Origin: Somniosus microcephalus
Taxonomy: Eukaryota
Assembly: GCA_052327205.1 (NCBI GenBank)
Contig: CM126228.1
Location: 42,408,001 to 42,472,000 of the forward strand
Direction of reading: 5' to 3'
Length of the DNA: 64,000 bases
This document shows positions 1 to 11,509 of the stretch, piece after piece. The notes beneath the pieces were generated by a model that saw only the letters and a list, made by a program, of their open reading frames with translations, had not been told where the DNA came from and did not search any database. Both the position numbers and the translations under genes were made by a program. Every line of letters starts with the position of its first letter. Position 1 is the stretch's first letter.

Positions 1-700
1 TCCCATGGGCTCTTACCTTCTTGACCAGTCTCCCATGTGGGACTTTGTCAAAAGCCTTACTGAAGTCCATGTAGACTACATCAACTGCACTACCCTCATC
101 CACACACCTACTCACCCCCTCGAAAAATTCAATCAAATTGGTCAGACATGATCTTCCCTTGACAAAGCCATGCTGACTATCCTTGATTAATCCTTGCCTC
201 TCCAAGTGGAGACTAATTCTGTCCCTCAGAATTTTTTCCAATAATTTCCCTACCACTGATGTTAGGCTCACTGGCCTGTAATTCTCTGGTTTATCCCTAC
301 TACCCTTCTTAAATAATGGTACAGGTACTATGTTAGCTGTTCTCCAGTCCTCTGGCACCTCCCGTGGCCAGAGAGTTTCTGAAAATTTGTGTCAGAGCCC
401 CTGCAATCTCCTCCCTTGCCTCACACAGCAGCCTGGGATACATCCCGTTAGGGCCTGGGGATTTATCCACTTTTAAGCCCGCTAAAACCGCTAGTACCTC
501 CTCCCTCTTAATACTAATTTGTTCAAGTATATCACAATCCCCCAGCCTGATTACTATGCCTACATCACCCTTCTCCATAGTGAACACAGATGCAAAATAT
601 TAATTTAAAACCTTACCTACATCTTCCGGCTCTACACACAGATTGCCACTTTGGTCCCTAATGGGCCCTACTCTTTCCCTGGTTATCCTCTTGCCCTTAA
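1..700 (-). mobile_element. CR1 LINE ORF2 fragment (RT N-terminal part); continues at 1797-1833 after the Helitron insertion
   Basis: Minus strand reads VDVVYMDFSKAFDKVPHGRL and LKVDKSPGPNGMYPRLL. Joining 700|1797 restores ENPTVFYKYIKGKRITRERVGPIRDQ. Confidence 0.93.
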
Positions 701-1796
701 TCTATATATATAAAAGAGCTCTTCTGTCTGTCTGTCCCGATGTCTGTCTGTCTGTCCGTCCGTTCTCTATACGTTTGAAAGTTACAGAGCGTACCGACGC
801 GCGCGTCGCCTCAAAAGAAAGCTTGCGATTCCGGACCGGTCATAGGCGTATTTACGTTTCGGCCGGACAAAAATCCCGCCCGCGGTATCCCAAAAACGTT
901 CAGCGTTCCGCTCATTAGCATCTCATGAGCGACCGTGTGACATCGAGGTCCACCAATCGGACGGCGGGTTCCTTCCTACAGTTGAGTGTCGAGTGACTCG
1001 ACGATTGACCAATCCTACGCTTCGGTGACCTGACCGGTCGACCAATCGGTGCGTGTGTGGGCGGGCCTTATCCTTCTGAACCGAGGTGAGTGGCTGCCAT
1101 CTTGATTTTTCACAATTTTTTCCCCCACACTTTCTGTGTGTTAGGGAACTAAGGTAAATATTTTAATGATGTGTTAGGGAATTAAATAACAATTTAATGG
1201 GGGGGGGAGGAGCCTCGGGAAATCGCGGGGGGGGGGGTGGAGAGCCTCGGGAAATCGCGGGGGGGGGGGGAGCCTCGGGAAATCGCGGGGGGGAGAGCCT
1301 CGGGAAATCGCGGGGGGGAGAGCCTCGGGAAATCGCGGGGGGGCGGGGGGGGGGGGGGGAGAGCCTCGGGAAATCGCGGGGGGGGCGAGCCTCGGCAAAT
1401 CGCGGGGGGCTCGCGCCGCCCGCACTGACTGCGCATGCGCCACCCGCACTGACCGCGCACGCGCCGCCTGCGCTGACCGCGCACGCGCCGCCCGCCCGCC
1501 CACAGCGGCCGTCCATCAGCCGCGCCATACAAGGGGGACCTCAGCTCCGGACCTCAGGCGCTAGGCAGGGGGAGGGGCCGGAGAGAGGGACAGAGGGGAG
1601 TGGGGGAGGGTGGGGGTGGGCGAGGGGAGGGAGGGAGACAGGGGAGGGAGGGGAGGGGAGAGGAGGGGAGGGGAGGGAGAGGAGGGGAGGGAGGGATAGG
1701 ACAGGGAGAGGACATGACAGGGAGAGGGGGGACACACAGGGGCAGGGAGACCAAGCGCCCCAAAATTGCCCTCGCAACGCGGGGCTCCCCAGCTAG
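701..1796 (+). mobile_element. Non-autonomous Helitron (rolling-circle transposon)
   Basis: 5' end TCTATATATATAAAA and 3' end CTAG (1793-1796). GC hairpin gccctcgc-aac-gcggggc (1768-1785) lies just before CTAG. Inserted between A (700) and T (1797) with no TSD, splitting a CR1 reading frame exactly. (CTGT)n/GTCY microsatellite near the 5' end. Confidence 0.9.
1199..1409. repeat. G-rich minisatellite inside the Helitron (unit Gn-AGAGCCTCGGGAAATCGC, about 7 copies), followed by about 24-bp GC-rich repeats and a polypurine tract to about 1750
   Basis: AGCCTCGGGAAATCGC recurs at about 1211, 1242, 1271, 1296, 1321, 1362 and 1388, separated by variable G runs. Confidence 0.9.
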
Positions 1797-1833
1797 TATA
1801 CTTATAAAACACCGTGGGATTTTCCTTTATTTC

Positions 1834-2860
1834 TCCTCTCAGCCTCCTCTGTTCCAAGGAAAACAGACCCAGCCTATCCAGTCTTTCCTCATAGCTAAGA
1901 TTCTCTACTCCCGGCAACATCCTTGTAAATCTCCTCTGTACCCTCTCTAGTGCAATCACATCTTTCCTGTAATGTGGTGACCAGAACTGCATGCAGTGCT
2001 CTAGCTGAGGCCTAACTAGTGTTTTATACAGTTGAAGCATAACCCCCCTGCTCTTGTATTCTATGCCACGGTTAATAAAGGCAAGCATTCTGTATGCCTT
2101 CTTAACCGCCTTATCTACTTGGCCTGCTACCTTCAGGGATCTGTGGACATGCACTCCAAGGTCCCTTTGTTCCTCTACACTACTCAGTGTCCTACCATTT
2201 AATGTGTATTCCCTTTCCTTGTTAGCCCTCCCCAAATGCATTACCTCACACTTCTCCGGATTGAATTCCATTTGCCACTGTTCTGCCCACCTGACCAATT
2301 TATTGAGATCTTCCTGCAGTCGACAGCTTCCTTCTTCAGTATCAACCACACAGCCGACTTTAGTATCACCTGCAAACTTCTTAATCATACCCCCTATATT
2401 CAAGTCAAGATCATTGACTATTTCCTCTTTTGCTTCGCTTAACAGCCTGGGATACATTTCATCTGGGCCTGCTGTACTCTTTAATACTTCCTCTCTCACT
2501 ATGTTTATTTCATCTAATATTTCACACTCCTCCCCCCCCCCCGATAGCAATGTCTGCTTCGTCCCTCTCCTTTGTGAAAACAGACGCAAAGTATTCATTA
2601 AGAACCCTACCGACGTCTCCCGCCTCCACACACAAATTACCCTCATGATCTCTAATAGGCCCTAACCTTTCTTTAGTTATCTTCTTACTCTTAATATATT
2701 TATAAAACATCTTTGGGTTTTCCTCGATTTTACTTGCCAAGAATTTTTCATGCTCTCTCTTTGCTTTCCCAATATCCTTTTTAATTGCACCCCTGCACTT
2801 TCTGTACTCCTCTAAAGATTCTGGAGTATTTAGCCCTCGGTATCTGTCATACGCCTCCCT
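1834..2860 (-). mobile_element. Rearranged/deleted CR1 ORF2 fragments
   Basis: KFAGDTKV, WQMEFNPEKCEVMH, LVRPQLEHCMQFWSP, LGLFSLEQRRLRG and ENPKMFYKYIKSK motifs, with an internal deletion near 2410. Confidence 0.9.
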
Positions 2861-2874
2861 TTTTCAGAAAAAAA

Positions 2875-3445
2875 ATCTACGAACTTACCTCAGGACTCCC
2901 GAGGTCCGGACACTTCCGCTCTTGGGCCTCTCCACAGTCAAAATACGCAGGGCCCACGTATCCCAGAGGCGCATGCAGTTCTCAAGCGTCCCTGGGGTCA
3001 CGTGGGCAGGCCAGACAATAGGAGGAGGGAATCTCCCTTCATACTTTTGACAGATAGACCTGTCAAATATGTGAATGGAGATCACCCCCAAAACACAGTA
3101 AAACATTAAATACATTTTTAAAAAACCATCACGTTTTTAAAATTAGTTAAAATTACAATAAATTTAGTATTTTAAACAAAAATTTAATTTTTTGAAAAGA
3201 ATAATTAAAAATTTTTTACAGGGTTAAAAATAAACTTATCTTTTTTTAAAGTATTTTTAAATTACTGCATAAATGAGTGAAATTTAATTTTTTTTTAAAA
3301 CTCTTATGCTGGTAAAAGCAGGCCTTACTGGTGCTTTTACCAGGCGTAAGATTCCTAAGGGTTTTCTGCGGGCGGAGGTTCTGCAGAAAGCGGAACTATC
3401 CGCCCGCAGAGGCCCTTCTCCAGGGCAGGCGTCCGATCTGTCAAG
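2875..3445. repeat. Probable internal fragment of a non-autonomous DNA element (GC-rich arms, AT-rich core, internal hairpin)
   Basis: Perfect 12-bp inverted repeat ctggtaaaagca/tgcttttaccag at 3309-3343. Architecture resembles the other MITEs here; no termini identified. Confidence 0.35.
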
Positions 3446-4906
3446 TGGAGTTGCGGTAATGTGGCTTGTCCCTTTATTAACACACAGTCAAATTCCCACA
3501 GCCCAAGGTCATTCAGAATGTAATTGCTGTTTGGTTAGGGAACTTTTCAGATTGGAATACAGTTGTCAATTTCAGCTCCGAGGCACACAGCATTTTAAAA
3601 CTGATTTGCACCTGTAATGAAGTGCGCTGACGTACTGTTTTAATATATCACAAGCTCCTGTGGTGTTGCTCATGGTGACTTGGAGAATATGCTCTTTCAT
3701 CCCATGTAAGGGATACATTATACATATTATAAACTTACTTGCAGTGACTGAATACATTTGCATTTGTACTAGAGTATTATGGGATTATTAGTGGTATCTT
3801 CATTCTCAAATTCCATGACTGTGGCAATAGTAGTTAGCTTTTTATTCCCCCTTGTTTGGGGCACATCTCCAGTGGGGAGGACTTCCACCTGTCCTGGAGA
3901 GGCCCCACTGACCTTACTCTATGCCTGGCCCCAGGGTCATGAAGGTACAGAAGACAGTATGGGCCAGAGTGCTGCTACAATGGATCAGGAGGAAAGAGGT
4001 GGCTGGTGAGCTGCCGGAGTAGACAATTATTTTTCTTTACAAATTTCCTTTTATTTATGGGGCCTGTGCATGGCAGTGATGTGAGAACACATCGACAGGT
4101 TCGTCTTCAATATCTGCCCCAGAGCTCCCTGTGCTGATCAGTGAACGTTGGGGCCTAACAGATGCCCAGCGCATCTGTTGTTGCTGCAGTACAATTGGAG
4201 GGACAATGGCGGAGGCCACAGCTTCCCCCTGATGGACCCGCAGTGACTTCAAATCTGTGCTAGTTATTCACAGGTTCAATGGCACTGGTGTCTCCCATAA
4301 GCAGATCCCACATTCTTTATGATCAGGAGTTTACCGTTACTGACCAGTACGTAGTCTCGTGATAGCGTGGCCCTGAGGGCTGCAACAACGACACCCCTTC
4401 TTATATGAATTGTACACCATAATCCCTCATGTATCACCACGTGTGCTTCTCTAATCTTCTGAAATGCAGAATAATTAACACTTTAGTGAGATGAGGTCAG
4501 ATACAAGTCATGAAGCTGCTTTATTTTACAGACTGTATGTGAATGAACAGAGCAACATTTATTGTAAATCCTGCGTTACTTCAACTTAATTCAGTATCTT
4601 AATTCAAAACATGCCACACTGTCTCTGTTAGAGAGCTAAACTGCTTCTTCTGACTCTGGCTGGCTCCATCTTAAAGGAGGATCAGTTCACTCCAGCTGTC
4701 TCCCTCAACAGATCTTTGCAAAAGTTCCCTGACCCTGTGCTCACCTGCCCTTTATTTCCCAGCTGGACAGGAGGCCATTGCTCGATCGTTGACTCTCTCC
4801 CAGCTGTCCATGTCCAGGGATACACCAAAATTATCCCTGCAACCCTGGAGTGTCCTTAGCAGCTGCCTCCCAGTATCCTCAAATAGAAAGACCATCCGGA
4901 CACGAT

Positions 4907-7447
4907 GGGCTGGATTTTCATTGAGGAGGCGGGACTACAACTTTCAACAAAAGGGTATCGGGACTGCCAAAAGGAAACAGACACTGCGGATTGAGGATCA
5001 TTTCCACAACAACTCGGACTCTCGGCGCATGTGGCAAGGCATCCAGTCGATCACTGACTACAAGAGTAAAAACACCAGCCCCCCGGTTAGCGATGCCTCC
5101 CTTCCGGAGGAGATTAACAACTTCTACGCTCGCTTTGACAGGGACCCGGCTACCAAAGCCTTGCCACCCCCGGAAGACCAGGTGCTCACTCTGTCGACCT
5201 CCAACGTAAGGGGTGTTCTACGCGGAGTGAACACACGTTAGGCTGCTGGACCTGATAGCATCCCTGGACGGGTACTCAAGGAATGTGCTGATCAGCTGGC
5301 TGATGTCTTCACCGCCATCTTCAATCGGTCATTGGCCCAGGCAGTAGTCCCTACATGCTTCAAGACTGCTACCATTATTCCTGTGCCAAAGCAAACAGCT
5401 GTGACGTGTCTGAACGACTATCGACCTGTCGCACTCACGCCCATCATAATGAAGTGTTTCGAGAGACTGGTCCTGGCTCACATGAAAGCCAGTGTTCCCG
5501 CCTCTCTTGACCAACACCAGTTTGCCTATCGTGCAAACAGATCAACGGAGGATGCAATCACAACTGCTCTACACTCTGCATTGAATCACTTAGACGGTAA
5601 AGAGACCTACATCAGAATGCTGTTCATAGACTACAGCTCAGCATTCAACACTATCGTCCCCAACAAGCTGGCCACCAAACCCCACACTCTTGGCCTGAAC
5701 ACTTCCCTTTGCAACTGGACCCTGGACTTCCTAACAGACCCCAGTCTGTCAAATTAGGTAACCACACCTCACCCCCCCGACCCTGAACACGGGGGCCCCA
5801 CAAGGATGTGTGCTGAGCCCCCTCCTCTACTCCCTCTTCACCCACGACTGTGTGGCTGTTCATGGTTCCAACACCATCATCAAGTTTGCGGATGATACCA
5901 CGGTGGTAGGCCAGATCACCAACAACGATGAGTCAGCCTACAGGGAGGAGGTCCAGCATCTCGTGAAGTAGTGCGCTGATAACAACCTGGCCCTTAACAT
6001 CAAGAAAACCAAGGAAATCATTGTGGACTTCAGGAAGTCTAAAGGCGGAAGTCACACCCCCATCCACATCCATGGGGCTGTGGTGGAAAGGGTGGACAGC
6101 TTTAAGTTCCTCGGAGTCCACATCACGGAAGACCTCTCCTGGTCCCTCAATACCTCCTCTTTGGTGAAGGCCCAGCAGCGCCTATATTTCCTAAGGAGGC
6201 TGAAGGGATGTAACCTGTCACCCCTGATCCTCTCTAACTTTTACCGCTGCACAATAGAGAGCATCCTGACGAACTGTATCACAGTATGGTATGGCAGCTG
6301 TAGCTCCTATGACCAGAAAGCCCTGCAGCGGGTAGTCAAAACTGCCCAACGCATTACCGGCACCCGGCTACCGACCATAGAGAACATCTACCAGAAACGC
6401 TGTTTACGGAGGTCACTGACCATCATCAAAAACCCTACCCACCCCAGCCACAGTCTGTTCGCCCCCCTGCCATCTGGGAAACGCTACAGATGCATTCGCA
6501 CCCGAACGACCAGATTTAGGAACAGTTTCTTTCCCAGGGCTGTCATCCTACTGAACTCCACAAATAAACTCTAAAGCCTGCACATCTGCCAATGCACTTT
6601 ATTATGTTTATGTTAATGTATTACAAGCCAAATGAATGTTGAATGTTTAAATGTCTTAATCTAAATGTATACTCTCGGGAGCCGCAAGCCTACATTTCGT
6701 TGTACTGCACCTGTGCACTAACAATGACAATAAAGTTGATTATGATTATGATTTCGGGGTTGTAGTCCCGCCTCCATCGAGTTGTAGCCAACCCACGCGA
6801 TTTTGACTTGATTGACCTTGTTGAGCCCGCCCAGCAAGACCTTTTGACAGATGAAATATCAGCGTTTGACAGCTGTCTGAAGCTGTCAAATACTGAAAAT
6901 CTCTAAGTTAATTCCTTCCTCTCAGGATGATTTAGAGATCTCCCCGGAACAGAAAGCTGAATGCTGCAATTTTTGACAGATCACGGCCATTCTGCTTTCT
7001 GTGCCGGTGAGATGAGGGACTCCCGAGACCTGAAGGAAGGAAGGCTGTAAAGGTAAGTAAAACTTCTTTAAACACTTTAAACACACTTACCTCTGCACTC
7101 ATGCACCCATCACTCACCTGAACACCGGACATCTCGACCCCTCCAAGCCCTTCATCCCGACGGCCCGCCTCACTAACTTGGCGGGGTTTGGAGCCGTTGG
7201 GAATCCCACACTTCAAGAATGAAAATAGGGATTAGGCTAAAAACTGCCTGTTAACAGGCAGTTAATTGGCACTAATCCCCTTCCCGCCTCGGGGAGGCGG
7301 GTCCCAGTGCGGGTCGGGTACCTGCCTCCTTTGAAACTGGCATGAAGGCGGGTTGGGGGCGGGATGGGTTCGTGCCCCCCGATTTTGGGATTTTAACCCC
7401 CCACACGCCTCCAATCCCGCCTCCACGGCCCAATGAAAATCCTGCCC
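4907..7447 (+). mobile_element. PIF/Harbinger-type MITE family A, copy 1 (split by the Rex1 insertion)
   Basis: TIRs GGGCTGGATTTTCATT ... AATGAAAATCCTGCCC. Body matches 21710-22532 and, inverted, 54438-55355. Confidence 0.85.
4946..6751 (+). mobile_element. 5'-truncated Rex1/Babar non-LTR retrotransposon
   Basis: [84 protein letters not shown] and RTTRFRNSFFP motifs. AATAAA followed by a (GATTAT)n tail. TTTC duplicated at 4942-4945 and 6752-6755. Stops and frameshifts present. Confidence 0.92.
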
Positions 7448-7917
7448 ATAGAGTCTGAATGGTCTTCAGGAAAGTTTAAGTGACTTCCATTGTCTCAAGC
7501 TGAAGCGGTATGTGAGAAATACTATTTCACAAACTGGATCATCTGGTTTTAGTACGTGTCCCCTTGCCCTTGGTTGTTCAGTCAATTTAACTATTTGAGA
7601 GCTAAATTTAACTTAACATTAACATTTAAATAAAAAGTATATGAAGGTCCAGCTGTGGCAAAACATGACAGCATCTCTCATCAGTTTCCTAACCTTATCC
7701 TTGATCTCATGGTTCTTCCTATCTTGTTTCTGCTCTATACATTTCAGAAATTCATATGCCCTTTCTTTCTCTCTTTTCATCTATGTCACTTTTACTCTTC
7801 GGTTTGCTCCTCAACTTGTTTCTTCGATTAACTGCCTCTGCAATGTAAAAATATTGCCTTAACCACTCTCATTTTCCCTCTACATACTTCTCTTTAAATA
7901 GTTTAAATTTTACTTCC

Positions 7918-9112
7918 AGATTGGCTCAGTGGGTAGCACTCTCGCCTCTGAATCACAAAATTATGGGTTCAAACCCCACTCCAGAGTCTTGAGCTCATAA
8001 TCTAGGCTGACACATCACTGCAGTACTGAGGGGAGTGCTGCACTGTCAGAGATGCCCTTCTTCAGAGGACATGTCAAACCAAGGTCCCATAGGCCTGCTC
8101 GCATAGTGTAACAATCCGCATGGTACTACAGAGTAAGGCAGGTGTTGTGTCCAACATTTCTTCTTCTTCTTAGGCAGTCCCTCGGAACCGAGGATGACTT
8201 GCTTCCACATTAAAAATGAGTTTGCAGGTGACTGATGAGTCCAATGTGGGACCTACAGTCTCTGTCACAGGCGGGGCAGACGGTGGTTGAAGGGGCGGGT
8301 GGGTGGGGCGCTTGGGTTGACGTGCGCTCCTTCCGCTGTTTGTGCTTGGCTTCCGCTTGCTCCCGGCGAAGAGACTCGAGGTGTTCGGCACCTTCCCGGA
8401 TGCTTCTCCTCCACTTTGTACGGTCTTGGGCCAGGGATTTTACACTTTTTCAAGGAGGCTTTGAGGGTGTCCTTGGAGCGTTTCCTCTGCCCACCTGGGG
8501 CTCCCTTGACATGCCAGAGCTCCGAGTAGAGCGCTTGTTTTGGGAGTCTCGTATCGGGCATGCGGACGATGTGACCTGTCCATCGGAGCTGATTAAGCGT
8601 GGTCAAAGCTTCGATGCTGGGGATGTTGGCCTGAGCAAGAACATGGACGTTGGGGCGCCTATCCTGCCAATGGATTTGCAGGATCTTGTGGAGGCAGCGT
8701 TGGTGGTACCTCGCCAGTGCTTTGAGGTGCCTGCTGTACATGGTCCATGTCTCTGAGGCATACAGCAGGGCGGGTATCACTGCTGCTCTGTAGACCATGA
8801 GCTTAGTGCTGGGTTTGAGATCCTGGTCTTCAAACACTCTCTTCCTCAGGCGACCGAAGGCTGCACTGGCACACTGAAGGCGGTCTTCGTCGTCGACGTC
8901 TGCCCTTGTTGACAGTAGGCTCCCGAGGTATGGAAAGTGGCCATCAACCAACACCACCAAAACAGACTAACTGGTCATTTATCTCATTTTCTGTTTGTGG
9001 GGCCTTGGTGTGCCACATTTGCCTACAAAATAACAGTGACTATGCTTAAAAAATCAAGCGCTTTGAGACGCCCTGAGGATTTGAAAGGTACTCTGCAAAT
9101 GCAAGTTCTTGC
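7918..9112 (+). mobile_element. tRNA-derived DeuSINE (SacSINE1-like), split by an RTE insertion
   Basis: A-box TGGCTCAGTGG, B-box-like GGTTCAAACCC, core AGGCTGACA..CAGTACTGAGGG..GTGCTGCACTGTC. The 3' half resumes at about 8941 and ends AAATGCAAGTT. Confidence 0.8.
8160..8943 (-). mobile_element. RTE-clade LINE 3' fragment with (AAG)n tail
   Basis: HFPYLGS, ASAAFGRLRKRVF, TKLMVYRAAVIPALLYASETW, QLRWTGHIVRMPDTRLPKQALY and GGQRKR motifs; (ttc)n at 8158-8170. Confidence 0.9.
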
Positions 9113-9777
9113 TTCACATTTTATTTCTTGAATACAGCATTTCATCCTGTTAAAGGCTGCTTACCGGGAATCCAATTTTTAATTGTTTTAATTATCTATT
9201 CTGTCCTGCTTTAAACACAGTTTAATAGTATAAAACACTGACCATGTCAGTTTCTATTTGGCTATGATTCTGCCCGCTCCTGTGTGGTTGTGATACAGTT
9301 TGTCAGTCCTCCTGATTTGCTTCAAAAATAGGCCCAGTTTTTCTTATAAATTTAACACCTTTTGACTTCTTGCCAACCATTCACTTACAGCCAAAATTCT
9401 GCTCAGTTTAACAGAGAAACACTGTAAAGCAGCATCACAACATTGTTAGTAACTAGTGGTGCTTTTTAAAAACAACAAACACTAGCCTGGGAACTACAGT
9501 CGGCGTGGTTGGGGGTGGGGGGGGCGGGGAGACAGAGAAGTCAGACGGAACTGCAGGGCAATCCTGGCCAAGGTGGGGGGAGAGGCTGCAATTTGTGGCA
9601 GCGCCCAGGACAGAAATTGAGAAAATTTGGGGGTGTTCCCAGGCTACTCCGAAAATGCCACTCAGCTGGCCCGCTGGGAGTTTTGGGTTCCATTCTGGGC
9701 ACCTTGAAGGCCCCAATATTAAAGAACTCAGAGGTAGTTGATCACAAGAGGGATTGGTTATCTTAAGAATGTTGCCC

Positions 9778-10225
9778 AGGTGTCATCCGTGGCTCAGTGG
9801 TAGCATTAATGCCTCTGAGTCAGAAGCTTATAGTTCTAAGCCCACTCCAGAGATTTGAGCACTAATTTCTAGGCTGACACTTCAGTGTAGTACCGAGGGA
9901 GTGCTGCACTGTCAGAAGTGCCATCTTTTAGATGAGACGTTAAACTGAGGCCCCCTGTCTGCCCTCTTGGGTGAACATGAAAAATCACATGGTACAAAGA
10001 GCAGCGGAGTTCTCCCTGGTGTCCTGGCCAATATTTATCCTCAACCACATCACTAAAACAGATTATCTGGTCATTATCGCATTGCTGTGTGTGGCAGCTT
10101 GCTGTGCACAAATTGGCTGCCACATTTCCTACAACAGTGACTCGACTTCAAAAGTATTTTATTGGCTGTGAAGCACTTTGGGACACCCTGAGGTTGTGAA
10201 GGACGCTATATAAATGCAAGTTTGT
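9778..10225 (+). mobile_element. DeuSINE (SacSINE1-like), near full length
   Basis: tRNA-like head GTGGCTCAGTGGTAGC, Deu-like core, L2-type tail GCTATATAAATGCAAGTT. Confidence 0.85.
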
Positions 10226-10709
10226 TCTTCATTTCTATTATCTATTCCATGCAACGACTGAAGATGTTTTCTTCTTTTGATCCTGTCCAATAAAGGCTTC
10301 AGGCAATTCCCTTGGAGTGGCAGGGTGTCACTCAGTCACCGGCAGCGATGGGGTGGCTGCGTCTGTTGCACCTCTATAGGTGTGGAGCCCCCATCACCTA
10401 ATATTTAAACAACCCATGCCCCAAGATTTGGGACCGGGTCCCCAGCATGGCAAAGCAGTGGGTGGAAGCTCTGCCCATCCTCCTAAGGGTCTACGGAAGT
10501 TCTAGCCTACTGTGTTAAAACTTTATAAAGAAGGAATTAGAAGGAACTAGCACTGGGCCTCGCTGCACAGGAATGGGTTGTGGAGCTAAACATTCACCAC
10601 CTTGGATAATGCTGAAAATACATGAATATTCTGATTATTGCTATAGGCAGGTTGTTGAAATTTATTTCTCCAATAATTCCTCACAATACTACAATGGAAA
10701 GATGTGTTG

Positions 10710-10843
10710 TAGAAACCCAGCTGGTTCATGAATGTCTTTCAGGGAAGATAACCTGCCACCCTTACTCAATCTGGCCTACGCGTGACTAGTCCACATCACG
10801 TGGTTGACTCTTGGGGATGGCAATAAAATGCAACCTTGCCAAC
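10710..10843 (+). mobile_element. Decayed SINE 3' half (MER6-like) sharing its tail with the LINE at 48125-48707
   Basis: AAACCCAGCTGGTTCATGAATGTC..AGGGAAG..GTGGTTGACTCTT..GGGATGGCAATAAAATGC..CCTTGCCA. The tail resembles the reverse complement of about 48155-48184. Family name is from recollection. Confidence 0.55.
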
Positions 10844-11331
10844 ACATTTAAACACGATACTACTGCAAATCGTGCATCCATCTCCAGCTCTGCGGATCAA
10901 CAAGTTAGGAAAACATCTCAAGGAATGACTACTTGAAAACTGAATATTAAATCACGAAGACAGTGCTTCCCTTTTGTGTGTATCTGGGCTTGAGTACTAC
11001 AATAATTTAGAACACTAAGTACTGTACCTTTTACCTGTGTAACTCTGGCACAAAATCAGGCCAAGCATACAGATGGTCTCATTAATAGTATGAATAGTAT
11101 CAATGTTGGACCAGACTACACTATAATCCCATAATTCACAATTAAAAAAAACAATCTACAAATTCTGTGACCCATAAACACTTAAAATAACAAATGAAAA
11201 ATAACATTTACATGTTCAAAGTTTCAGTTCAAATCATCAACTGCAAATATTTTTACATTTCAACTAGCTATTCAGAAACAAACGATTCAGGATGATTTTA
11301 GTAATCTATCCACCAAAAATGTGTACAGCAC

Positions 11332-11473
11332 CTGCCCCGGGAAAGGTGGTCGACTCCCAGTCCAGGACGTTGCAGAGACCTGATTAGCATTTGATTGGCG
11401 AGATATCTGAGCTAAAATCTGGCCCGCTGACGATGTCTGCTGAATGATGTTTCCACCAGGTACCATCGAAGTG
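11332..11473 (-). CDS. ARNT2: ARNT2 coding exon (C-terminal region): (S)TSMVPGGNIIQQTSSAGQILAQISRQSNANQVSATSWTGSRPPFPGQ
   Basis: 142 nt; acceptor tctcttcAG, donor GTgctg. Starts in phase 2, matching the end of the 20530-20629 exon. QISRQ..WTGSRPPFPGQ is recognisable as vertebrate ARNT2. Confidence 0.9.
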
Positions 11474-11509
11474 CTGAAGAGACAATATTAAAAATCTGTT
11501 ACCAAATGA

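Noticed and set aside
1163-1796. Pro/Gly-rich ORFs of 100-200 aa on both strands
   Set aside because: They are translations of the stop-free GC minisatellite and polypurine tract inside the Helitron.
1561-2646. 361-aa ORF as a real gene
   Set aside because: A chance in-frame fusion of deleted CR1 fragments running into the Helitron.
3430-11330. Search for the next ARNT2 exon (Ser/Pro-rich, SSP..YS)
   Set aside because: No matching exon found by eye; it probably lies beyond position 1. The PAS-B exon was likewise not seen upstream of 47695.
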